From Planctomycetota bacterium (GTDB lineage: Bacteria; Planctomycetota; UBA11346): 64,000 bases of DNA. This document shows positions 19,769-28,199 of this stretch, piece by piece. The stretch covers positions 32,001 to 96,000 of the forward strand of contig JBBRLJ010000009.1 of NCBI GenBank assembly GCA_038231435.1. Reading direction: 5' to 3'. The position numbers and the translations under genes were made by a program. Numbering within the stretch: the stretch's first letter is position 1; each line of letters begins with the position of its first letter. The notes under the pieces are model-generated. The model ran no database searches and was not told the DNA's origin. It was given only the letters and a program-made list of their open reading frames with translations.

Positions 19769-20280
19769 TCGCCGCTCGTCCGAAGCAGCCGCTTGGCCAC
19801 GCACTGCTTCAGCGCCTGCCGTATGCGCATCAGGCGCATGTTGAGAGCCTCGAGCGTTACGCCGATGCGCTCCGCGATGGACTGCGCCGGACGGCGATCG
19901 ATGTAGCGCTGCTGGAGCAGCGCTCGGGCCGGCTCGTCGAGCCCCTGCAGGCACTGGCGCAACGCACCGAGGCGCTCGCCGTCATCCGGCGGTTCAGCTT
20001 CGAATCCATCCGCCAGCAGGTCGATGATCTTCTCTCCCGAGGGCCGTTCGCGCCCTTGGCGTTGCCAATGCTTCATGATCGCATGCTTGGCGATGGTCCT
20101 GCAGTAGCCGGCGACGTTCTCGATGCTCCGGCCAGCCGTGATCTGCTGCTCCAGGCGCACCCAGGCCTCTTGGCAGATGTCCTCGGTCAGGTGGGGATCG
20201 TGCGTCAGCGCCAACACGAATGCCGCGAGATCCGGGTGGATCGTCAGGAACGCGGTGGTGACGGGGCAAGAGCTGCTCAC
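19765..20280 (-). CDS. ECF RNA polymerase sigma factor
   Basis: Region 2 L.AFVLALT.D..LTEDICQE; region 4 LRQCLQGL..R.LL..RY..IAERIG..RL.RIRQALK.C. Confidence 0.9.
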   Translation of the reverse strand: MSSSCPVTTAFLTIHPDLAAFVLALTHDPHLTEDICQEAWVRLEQQITAGRSIENVAGYCRTIAKHAIMKHWQRQGRERPSGEKIIDLLADGFEAEPPDDGERLGALRQCLQGLDEPARALLQQRYIDRRPAQSIAERIGVTLEALNMRLMRIRQALKQCVAKRLLRTSGE

Positions 20281-20363
20281 GCAACCCTGATCCTCGGACC
20301 GACGCATCTAACGCAACGCTTCCGGCCGTCCCCCGGATGTGTGTGATACTAAACGCAGGCCAA

Positions 20364-21635
20364 TCAGCGCGCATCCTGCCGCACCAGGGACGCCGCGTAA
20401 CCGCCCCCGCGCCACTCGTCGGGCCAGGTGAGGTGCTCGCCGAGCAGACGCCAGCCCTCGAGGGCGTGGGCGATGCCTTGGTTCTCTTGAGGATTCAACG
20501 AGCAGGTGCTGTAGACCAGGCGCCCTCCCGGAGCCACCAGCGTCGCGGCCGCGCGGATGAGCGCCCGCTGCAGCTTCGCGAGGCTGTCGAGATGCTTGCG
20601 ATCGTAGCGCCAGCGCGCCTCGACCCGCCGGGCGAGCACGCCGCTGTTCGAGCACGGCGCATCGACGAGGACGACATCGAAACCCGCGACCAGCGCCGGC
20701 CGGGTGCCGTCCTGCGCGAGCCTGAGCGGCAAACCCTGGAGCTTGCGCGTCTTCTCGAGCGAGACGTCCGCTGACACTACCCGACAACCCCGATCCACGA
20801 GCGCCAGAGACTTGCCGCCCGGCGCGGCGCAGACATCCAATACCAGATCGCCCGGCCGGGCCGCGCTCAACGCCACCACGTCTCCCTGGGTGCGGTCCTG
20901 GACCACGCAGATGCCGTCGGGGACCGGGCCCCTGAGCGGCTCCTGCGGGTCGTCCCACCAGGTCCAGTCGCCGTCGCGCTTCAGGATGCTGGCGCCTTGG
21001 GGCACGGGCTTGCCGGCGCGCGTGCGCGTGCACAGGTGCGGCACGCGGTTCAGGGCCGCGAACGCGGCTTCACGGCCCAGGCCGCTGGGCACGACCTCGC
21101 GCAGGTCGTCGATGAGCGCCGAGGGCAGGCCAAGCCGCACCGCGAGATCCTCGGGCTGATCACGCGCGGCGAGGCGACCGAGCGGGCCGTCGCAGGTGCG
21201 CTCAGGCGTGCGCAGGTCCGCGAGCCGGCGCGAGACCGCGTTGGCGACCGGCACGAGATGGCGATGCCCGGCCGAGCGCAGCGCCTCGATGGTGTCGTGG
21301 AGCGCCGCGTGTGGCGGCACACGGTCGAGCGCGAACAACTGGTGACAGACCAGGCGCAATGCGGCGCGCAGGACGTCTGGCGGGGATCCGCGCCTGAGGA
21401 ACCTCTCCGCCAGCGCGTCATAGAGACGGCCATGGCGCAGTGCGCCATAGGTGAGCTCGCGGGCGAGGCCGGCATCACGCGGGTCCAGCCCGGCGAGGCG
21501 GTCGAGCCCCTCGTCCAACCGCTCGATCGACGCGGCGTGCCAGTCGACGAGCACCCCCAGCGCCGCTTGTCGCGCGCTGGGAACGGCGCTTCGTCGAGCG
21601 TCAGTGCTGCTGGGCTTTGGTGATCTCGATCTCAT
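20364..21635 (-). CDS. rsmB: 16S rRNA m5C methyltransferase RsmB/Sun (NusB-like N-terminus); start uncertain
   Basis: ELTYGALR, VLDVCAAPGGKS, VLVDAPCSNSG, LVYSTCS motifs. Confidence 0.85.
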   Translation of the reverse strand: MRSRSPKPSSTDARRSAVPSARQAALGVLVDWHAASIERLDEGLDRLAGLDPRDAGLARELTYGALRHGRLYDALAERFLRRGSPPDVLRAALRLVCHQLFALDRVPPHAALHDTIEALRSAGHRHLVPVANAVSRRLADLRTPERTCDGPLGRLAARDQPEDLAVRLGLPSALIDDLREVVPSGLGREAAFAALNRVPHLCTRTRAGKPVPQGASILKRDGDWTWWDDPQEPLRGPVPDGICVVQDRTQGDVVALSAARPGDLVLDVCAAPGGKSLALVDRGCRVVSADVSLEKTRKLQGLPLRLAQDGTRPALVAGFDVVLVDAPCSNSGVLARRVEARWRYDRKHLDSLAKLQRALIRAAATLVAPGGRLVYSTCSLNPQENQGIAHALEGWRLLGEHLTWPDEWRGGGYAASLVRQDAR

Positions 21636-22848
21636 CGCGCAAATTGCGATCGAGGGATTGGGTGTCGTAGACCCCATAGGTGGTCATCGCCTGCGACACT
21701 TGGTCGTCGTCCCACCCATGCTCCTTCGCGACCTTCTCGAAACGCTGGCTCGCCGCGCGCATGTCCTGTAGCTTCACTCGAGCGCTGGTGAGCTTCGCCA
21801 GGTCATGAGTCCCGAGCGCCGACCGGGCGGCGGACTTGGCGTCCGCGACCGAGGTCTTGATGCTGGCGCTCACGTCCTCGAAGCCCTTCGGCACGCCCGC
21901 ATTGCTGTGGCCGGTGGTCTTGACGATCAATCCGATGCCGAACACCAGCACGACCAGCAGGCTCATTCCGCTCAGCAACATCATCTGCTGGCTGTTGCCC
22001 TTGGACTTGCGCGAGCGCGCCGCCTTCGAGGCCTTTGAGACCTTCGATGATGAACCGGGCCGGCCCTTGGCGGTGGAGCGCGACGAACCCTCACGCTTGC
22101 GCGATGATGAATCGTTCTGCGGCTTGTCCGAGGCCTCGATGTGATCGGAGACCGCAGTCTCGGATTTCTCGCCGTCGCTTAGGGCATCGTCATCCTTGTT
22201 GCCGCGCCCGAGGGCGTCGCCGACACGGACGCCGCCATCTTCATCGCCGTCGGTATCGGCCCTGGCGTCCGCGGTCGCCTGCTTGGCGTCGAACGGTGAC
22301 ATAGGCTGCACCGCCTGCGCCCCGCTCTCGTCGAGCTTGGGAACGGGCGTCTCCTCGAGATCCTCGTCGTCCTCGTGGGTGGGGCGCTTCGACGGCGTCA
22401 ACGCGGCGAAGCCTGCCGCCGCCGACGAGAGCTCCTGATCCATGACCGCGACTTGGGCGGTGTCATCGGGGGTCTCGTGCGCATCCGGGGGGAAGGGCGC
22501 GCTCGGCAGCACCACCGGGGACACGGGCTGCTGAGGGATGTCCTCGTCCATGGTGCGCACGCGGTCGCGCGCGATGTCGACCGGATGGGACGGGAATGAC
22601 GGCCGGGGCGTGGGATTGGAGCCGATGCCCGACGGCCCGACCGACGACGAGCTGTTGGCCGCTCCCGCTCCAGCCATGGCCGTGGCCTTCTGGGCTTGGT
22701 GCGCATGCTGCGCGCCCCAATCCTTGCCCTTGCCCAGATCCAGGCAGGCGGCGCAAATGACATCGTTACGCCGGCGCATGCCGTGGCCGCTGTGCAGATC
22801 GACATCGGTGACGCGCACGCCACAGACATCGCAGAAGTAGACATTCAT
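21601..22848 (-). CDS. Hypothetical single-pass membrane protein with N-terminal Cys4 zinc finger
   Basis: YFCDVCG..ICAAC, long acidic/Ser-rich linker, basic patch, TM helix, helical C-terminal domain. Confidence 0.7.
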   Translation of the reverse strand: MNVYFCDVCGVRVTDVDLHSGHGMRRRNDVICAACLDLGKGKDWGAQHAHQAQKATAMAGAGAANSSSSVGPSGIGSNPTPRPSFPSHPVDIARDRVRTMDEDIPQQPVSPVVLPSAPFPPDAHETPDDTAQVAVMDQELSSAAAGFAALTPSKRPTHEDDEDLEETPVPKLDESGAQAVQPMSPFDAKQATADARADTDGDEDGGVRVGDALGRGNKDDDALSDGEKSETAVSDHIEASDKPQNDSSSRKREGSSRSTAKGRPGSSSKVSKASKAARSRKSKGNSQQMMLLSGMSLLVVLVFGIGLIVKTTGHSNAGVPKGFEDVSASIKTSVADAKSAARSALGTHDLAKLTSARVKLQDMRAASQRFEKVAKEHGWDDDQVSQAMTTYGVYDTQSLDRNLRDEIEITKAQQH

Positions 22849-23033
22849 GCGCGCGATCCTCGGGCCAGGGCCAGCGTACTTGGGGTCCCGCGATCTCTAG
22901 AGGGAAGTGAAAGCGTCGCGTCGCCATTGAGTGACACCCGATCGGTACCCAACCGGCGCGCTCGCCTCGGCTTAAGTGCTCGTAGGAATCCCCGGAGCGG
23001 CTCTCGGCGCTCTCCGCCCAGAATGGTCCCGCG

Positions 23034-23070
23034 GCGACTCGGCTGCGACTCGACGGCGACTCGACGGCGA
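23034..23070. repeat. 11-bp tandem repeat (GCGACTCGACG-type), about 3.4 copies
   Basis: Units start at 23034, 23045, 23056 and 23067. Confidence 0.7.
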
Positions 23071-23108
23071 AAAGTCCTCGTGGATACGATCCATCCGCCC
23101 CTGTTCGC

Positions 23109-24053
23109 TCAGCGCCCGCGCACCACCCGCTGGGCGTTGAGCGCCAGCAGTTCGAGGGTCAATTCGCCGTGATTGCCGCTCTGGCGCATCTGGCGCTGGG
23201 CGAGGACCATGCCCTGGAGCAGGCGCAGGAGCGTGGCCCGGCCGAGGTCGCGGGCGCGCTTGCGCGCGTAGTAGAGGTTGCCGCGTCCCCGGCCGCCGGC
23301 CCAGGCCACGGCGTCGCCGTCGTCGCTGGTCTCGCAGCAGGCGATCAGCTTGCGGGTTTCTCCAACCAGCGCCGACAAGGCCGGCTGGGGCTCGATACCG
23401 CCGCCCGCATAGATCATGTCGATGGCCTTGCGCGCATTTCCTTCGAGGAAGGCACCGGTGAACTCGTAGATCGGTCGCTCGGCGGTACCGTTGGCGACCG
23501 CGCGGACCGCTGCGACGTCTAGCGGCTGCCCGCCGGCGTAGAGCACCGCCAGGTCCAGGGTCGCGAGCAGGGCATCGGGCTCGGCGCCCACGTGCTCGAC
23601 CAGCTCCTCGGCGACGCTGCTCGGGCGCTCGACCCCCTCAGGGATCGCGGCCAGCCGCGCGCACAGCCACTCGACGATCTCTTTCGGCCCCGGCACGGCG
23701 GCGATGTGCAGCGCCTTCCTCGCGGCGAGCGCCTTGGCCAACTTGTCCTTGGCCTCGAGCCCGGGCACCACCAACACCAGGCAACCGTTGGCGACCTCCT
23801 TGGCGGCCGCGCCGAGCAGCGCTTCCTGGTGCTTGCGCAGGTACTTCTCGTCGGCGCGCAGCACCCACAGCGCCGGCTCCTCGAGGAACGATGGCGTGTC
23901 CAGATCGAGCAGGATGCGTTGAGGGTCTGCTGGCTCGGTCACGCGCTTGACCGGGCCGTTCCAGGCGCCGGTGAGCGTCGCCAGGATCTCATCGCGCAGG
24001 CGGACGCTGTCGCCGACCACCGCGTGCACGCGCGCTTGCGACAGTTCGACCAT
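23109..24053 (-). CDS. holA: DNA polymerase III delta subunit
   Basis: LDTPSFL motif, 314 aa, overall delta-like layout ending in ELTLELL. Confidence 0.75.
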   Translation of the reverse strand: MVELSQARVHAVVGDSVRLRDEILATLTGAWNGPVKRVTEPADPQRILLDLDTPSFLEEPALWVLRADEKYLRKHQEALLGAAAKEVANGCLVLVVPGLEAKDKLAKALAARKALHIAAVPGPKEIVEWLCARLAAIPEGVERPSSVAEELVEHVGAEPDALLATLDLAVLYAGGQPLDVAAVRAVANGTAERPIYEFTGAFLEGNARKAIDMIYAGGGIEPQPALSALVGETRKLIACCETSDDGDAVAWAGGRGRGNLYYARKRARDLGRATLLRLLQGMVLAQRQMRQSGNHGELTLELLALNAQRVVRGR

Positions 24054-24106
24054 GCTGGTTTATAGGGTGCGGATCGGAGAGGCAAAGCGCCGTGCGGCCG
24101 AAAAGT

Positions 24107-24826
24107 TCAGAGCTCGAAATGCTCGCCGAGGTACTTCTGGCGGACGATCGGATTCTCGACGATCTCCTTGGGCGTGCCCTCGGCCAGGTTGCTGCCAGCG
24201 TCCATCACGTAGAGCCGGTCGACCATGCTCAGGATCGCCTCGGCATGATGGTCGGTGATCAGCACGGCTACGCCGCGCTTGCGCAGCGCGTGGATGATGC
24301 GCGAGATGTCGGCACGGCTCTTGGGATCCACGCCCGCGAACGGCTCGTCGAAAAAGAGCAGCTTGGGCTCGACCACCAGCGAACGCGTGATCTCCAGCCG
24401 CCGCCGCTCGCCGCCCGAGAGCTGGCGCGCGTAGCTGTTGCGCAGGGACGCGAGCCCCAATTCATCGAGCAGCGCGTCCAATCGGCCGTCGTGCTCGGCG
24501 CGCGGATAGTGCTGCTCGAGGATGATGCGTACGTTGTCGGCGACGGTCAGCTGCGAGAACACCGTCGGTTCCTGGGCCAGGTATCCCATGCCGAGCCGGG
24601 CACGGGCGTACATCGGCAGGCTGGTCACGTCTTCGCCATCGAACTGGATGCTGCCCGCATCTGGGCGCAGCAGGCCGACGACCATGCGGAAGGTCGTACT
24701 CTTGCCGGCCCCATTGACCCCGAGCAAACCGACGATTTCACCGGGTTCCACACGCATGCCGAAGCCCGAGACCACGTAGCGCTGACCGAAGCGCTTCGAC
24801 AGTCCCTCGACGGCGAACAGCGTCAT
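24107..24826 (-). CDS. lptB: LPS export ABC transporter ATP-binding protein
   Basis: GVNGAGKSTTF, LPMYARARLGMGYLAQE, LSGGERRRLEI, DEPFAGVDP, LITDH, YLGEHFEL motifs. Confidence 0.92.
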   Translation of the reverse strand: MTLFAVEGLSKRFGQRYVVSGFGMRVEPGEIVGLLGVNGAGKSTTFRMVVGLLRPDAGSIQFDGEDVTSLPMYARARLGMGYLAQEPTVFSQLTVADNVRIILEQHYPRAEHDGRLDALLDELGLASLRNSYARQLSGGERRRLEITRSLVVEPKLLFFDEPFAGVDPKSRADISRIIHALRKRGVAVLITDHHAEAILSMVDRLYVMDAGSNLAEGTPKEIVENPIVRQKYLGEHFEL

Positions 24827-25052
24827 TGTGGAAAACTCGGGGGGACGGAACGCGCCATCCACCAGTTTCCCTGCTCCAAGGCCAGCCACATATACCCGTT
24901 AACAGGTAGTAAGTGGCTTTGAATACCTGAGATAGCGGGATCTTCACAGACGTTTTTGGCATTGCGAATTGCAGTGGCTAGCTTTGGCATCCATGGTTTC
25001 AACCACGATTTCCCGTGGAAAACCCGCCCAAAATCAGTGATTTCCGCGTTCC

Positions 25053-26657
25053 TCACTTGACGATCCGCCAGCGAGTGAAGGGCATGACCACCGCGAAAGC
25101 CCGACCACGGAGGTTCTCCTCGGGGACCCAGCCCCAGGCGCGGCCATCCCAGCTGTGGGGGCTGTTGTCGCCAAGCATGAGATAGGCCCCCTTGGGCGCG
25201 GTGATGGCGGTCTCTGGGCTGCAGCCCCATTCCGAATTCAGATCCTTCGCCTGGAATTGGTGGCGCACCGAGTCGATGTCCCGGATTCGGCTCTTCAGCT
25301 TGTCACGGAGCTCGGCACCCGAGGCGTTGGCGTAATCGCCTTCCAACTTCTGCCGATCCTGGACCTCGTTTTTGAGGATGTAATTCTTGGTGTAGTGCAC
25401 GTCCCGCTGGATGTGCAGACCTGAGACTGCCAGCGATCCGATTCCGGAGATCGACAAGGCAGCGCGGTTGTTGAAGTCGTTGGGGTCGAGCACCGGGACG
25501 TCGATGCGCGCCAATTCCTTCCCGCCGATGGTGAGCAGGCACTGGCAATCGAGATGGGCCAGCGTGAACGGCTTTCCGACGACCGTCTCCGCTCCCGAGG
25601 CCAGCGGCTTATCCGCCGCGAGCGCGTCCACGCCGATCAGCTGCCAGCCCTCGGAGGACAGCGCCAGGCGGACCCCCTGCTTTTTGCCCTGGCGTAGGAC
25701 CACGCTCGGATGCCCGTCCAACGACGTCACGGTGCCAGCGATGCGCACGTCGCCGACGTACTCGTCCTGCACCGCGTTCAGCCAGTCCTGCCGAGCGACA
25801 GCGCCGTTGTCGATGTCCGCGCTGGTCAGACGTTGGATCTCCCAGTTGTCGAGATCCCAGATGTTGCCGACTACGCCCCGATCGTAGGTGAATTGCGGCT
25901 TGGTCATCGAGACGTCGACGAGGATGCCTTCGCCGCTCGCGGGCAGCTTGCGCACCCGCACCGTGCCCGGCTTGACATACAGGTTCCGGAATGGCTGGGT
26001 GAACGTGACCGCGCCGCCTTCCGTGGTCGAGAAGGCGAGAATCCCGCCTTGGGCGGACACCCCGCAGCTGGTACCGGCGACCCACGGCAGGTAGTCCTTC
26101 TGCTCACCGTGACGATACACGTCCTGCCAGAGCGCCTCCTGGATCGCCGGCGGCTTGCGCGACGGCTGGAAGCTCCCGTCGGGCTGCTTGAGGAAGATAT
26201 CTCCGCCAAAGATGAAGAACGTGTCGCCGGGCAGGATCACGCAACGCTTGACGAAGTTGCGGAACATGAGTGGCCGGATCATCGGGATGTCGAGCCGGTT
26301 ACCGTCAGCATCGACGGCCGGCCGTGCGTCGTTACCCGATTCGATCTCGGGCTGCGGAAACTGGAATACCGTGACGTCCCAGCGGTGGATGCCGCGGAAG
26401 CGGAACAGCAGTTTGTCGACCACGACGTGGTCGCCTTTCAGGAACCCTGGATCGCCATAGAGCATCGGCTCCATCGACGCCGTCGGGATGCGGAACGCCT
26501 CGACGACGAAATGGCGGATCACCATCGCCACCAGGAACGCGAAGATCCAGTTCTCGCAGGTGCGATTGATCCAACGCTGCGCCTCGGGCAGGCTCGCCTC
26601 GAAATCTGGCGCCCTGGCGATCGAGGGCGCGGGGGTCGTAGCTGGTGCATCTACCAT
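25053..26657 (-). CDS. lepB: Signal peptidase I with a large internal insertion
   Basis: EAFRIPTASMEP (Ser), FVKRC (Lys), LMLGDNSPHSWDGR motifs. Confidence 0.9.
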   Translation of the reverse strand: MVDAPATTPAPSIARAPDFEASLPEAQRWINRTCENWIFAFLVAMVIRHFVVEAFRIPTASMEPMLYGDPGFLKGDHVVVDKLLFRFRGIHRWDVTVFQFPQPEIESGNDARPAVDADGNRLDIPMIRPLMFRNFVKRCVILPGDTFFIFGGDIFLKQPDGSFQPSRKPPAIQEALWQDVYRHGEQKDYLPWVAGTSCGVSAQGGILAFSTTEGGAVTFTQPFRNLYVKPGTVRVRKLPASGEGILVDVSMTKPQFTYDRGVVGNIWDLDNWEIQRLTSADIDNGAVARQDWLNAVQDEYVGDVRIAGTVTSLDGHPSVVLRQGKKQGVRLALSSEGWQLIGVDALAADKPLASGAETVVGKPFTLAHLDCQCLLTIGGKELARIDVPVLDPNDFNNRAALSISGIGSLAVSGLHIQRDVHYTKNYILKNEVQDRQKLEGDYANASGAELRDKLKSRIRDIDSVRHQFQAKDLNSEWGCSPETAITAPKGAYLMLGDNSPHSWDGRAWGWVPEENLRGRAFAVVMPFTRWRIVK

Positions 26658-26692
26658 GAAGCGGTCGAGTGTCTCGCCACGGTCGACACTTA

Positions 26693-26731
26693 CAACCCGG
26701 TGGACCAACCTGGTGGACCAACCCGGTGGAC
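26693..26731. repeat. 13-bp tandem repeat CAACCYGGTGGAC x3
   Basis: Units start at 26693, 26706 and 26719, upstream of lepB. Confidence 0.8.
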
Positions 26732-26772
26732 GCAGCCGTTGCGCTGGCGCGTCCTCGAGCGCCTTCCCCGCC

Positions 26773-27498
26773 TCAGCGTTGCCGCAACGGTGCCACTCCC
26801 AGGTCGCGTTCCTGGCATTCCATCCAGCGCTGCAGCCGCAGGGTGACCCAGGCATCCTGGGCTCGCGAATCCAATCCCGCCGGCGGCCGGATCGGCGTGC
26901 CGAAGCGGATCTCCATCGGCGCGCCCCACAGGCGTGGGACCAGGGCGCCGCGCGGCCAGCAGCGCTCGGTGCGATGCAGGTACACCGGCACGATCGGCAC
27001 GCCCGCCCGTCGCGCGAAGAGCGCGGGGCCATCACGCATGCGCCCGACCCGCCCGTCGCGCGTGCGGGTGCCCTCAGGGAAGACCAGCACTGGTATCCCC
27101 TGGCGCAAACGCTCGACCGCCCCCTTCATGCTGGACAACCCGGGATTGTCGCGTTCGACAGGGATGCCGTACATCACCGCGAGAATCAGCCGGAGGACCG
27201 GATTGCGCCACAGATCGGCGCGCGCGAAATACGACATCGGCTCGCGCTGCCACATGCCCACGAATGGCGGGTCGAAGAAGCTGCGATGGTTGGCCGCGTA
27301 CACGCAGGCGCCTTCGGGCTGCCCCTGGGCCTTGCGCACGCGCACCCGGAAGGTGAACAGCACCAGGGGCCGCAGGATGAGCATGCCCACGGCCTGGATC
27401 ATGCGCGGCAGGTAGGCATGCGGCGCGAAGGGCACGGTAGGGACGTTCGAATCTGGGAGTCGCGAGGCAAGCGCCTGGCCCCCAGCCGCGGTCAGCAC
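26773..27498 (-). CDS. plsC: 1-acyl-sn-glycerol-3-phosphate acyltransferase family; start uncertain
   Basis: ANHRSFFDP, VFPEGTR, PIVPV motifs. Confidence 0.85.
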   Translation of the reverse strand: MLTAAGGQALASRLPDSNVPTVPFAPHAYLPRMIQAVGMLILRPLVLFTFRVRVRKAQGQPEGACVYAANHRSFFDPPFVGMWQREPMSYFARADLWRNPVLRLILAVMYGIPVERDNPGLSSMKGAVERLRQGIPVLVFPEGTRTRDGRVGRMRDGPALFARRAGVPIVPVYLHRTERCWPRGALVPRLWGAPMEIRFGTPIRPPAGLDSRAQDAWVTLRLQRWMECQERDLGVAPLRQR

Positions 27499-27526
27499 CT
27501 CCTGGGTGCTCGACTGGGTGTCCGGG

Positions 27527-28036
27527 TCACTTCTTGGATTGGTCCTTGTTGTAGCGGTCGCTCAGCACAGCCGAGAAATCCGCGCTGCGGTACCGGCTCG
27601 GTCCAGTGATCAGGATGTTGAACGAGAAGGCGGTATCCTCGCTGCGCGGAACGCGGATGAATGGCACCTGATGGTGCTGGGCGGCCTGGGCGTCGAGTGG
27701 GCTGTCGCCGATGAACACCGCATCCGCAGCCGCGACCTTGAAATCCGCGAGCGGCAGGTCGAGGCGTTTGCGTTGCCGCTGGTCCGGCAGCGCCTCGGAG
27801 GCGTTTCCAGCGTGGTAGATCGCCTGGAAGAAATGACGGATGCCGGCCTGCTTGAGCGTGCTGGCGATCAGCTCCTCGGTGGCGTCGCTGATCACCACCA
27901 CCGGCACCTTGAGATCGCGCACGAAGTGCTGCAGGAATTGCCCGATCCCCAGGCGAGGCGCATAGGCTCGGCCCTTGAGTTCGACCAGGGTCTCGAAGCA
28001 ATCCATCAGGATCAGCTTCACGCCCCGCGCGATCAT
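27527..28036 (-). CDS. HAD-superfamily hydrolase
   Basis: ILMDCFETLV (motif I variant), VISD, VFIGDS..D motifs. Confidence 0.75.
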   Translation of the reverse strand: MIARGVKLILMDCFETLVELKGRAYAPRLGIGQFLQHFVRDLKVPVVVISDATEELIASTLKQAGIRHFFQAIYHAGNASEALPDQRQRKRLDLPLADFKVAAADAVFIGDSPLDAQAAQHHQVPFIRVPRSEDTAFSFNILITGPSRYRSADFSAVLSDRYNKDQSKK

Positions 28037-28199
28037 GGTTTCGCCACCGAACTGCTGCATCCATGCAGTGTCCCCAGGCGGAGTCCGTTTCAATCCACTT
28101 TCGTGTCGAGACGTATCGCGGCGAGCGCCGATCCGGCACGATCGATCAACGTCAACTAAGGCCGGCGTGCGTGATCTAGGACTGCCGTCGAATCGCGTT

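Noticed and set aside
24827..25052. Replication origin, or a sigma54 promoter at about 24957 (TGGCATTGCGAATTGC)
   Set aside because: Only one or two good DnaA boxes, no dnaA/dnaN nearby and no gene-strand switch. The GG-to-GC spacing is one base too long and the element points antisense.
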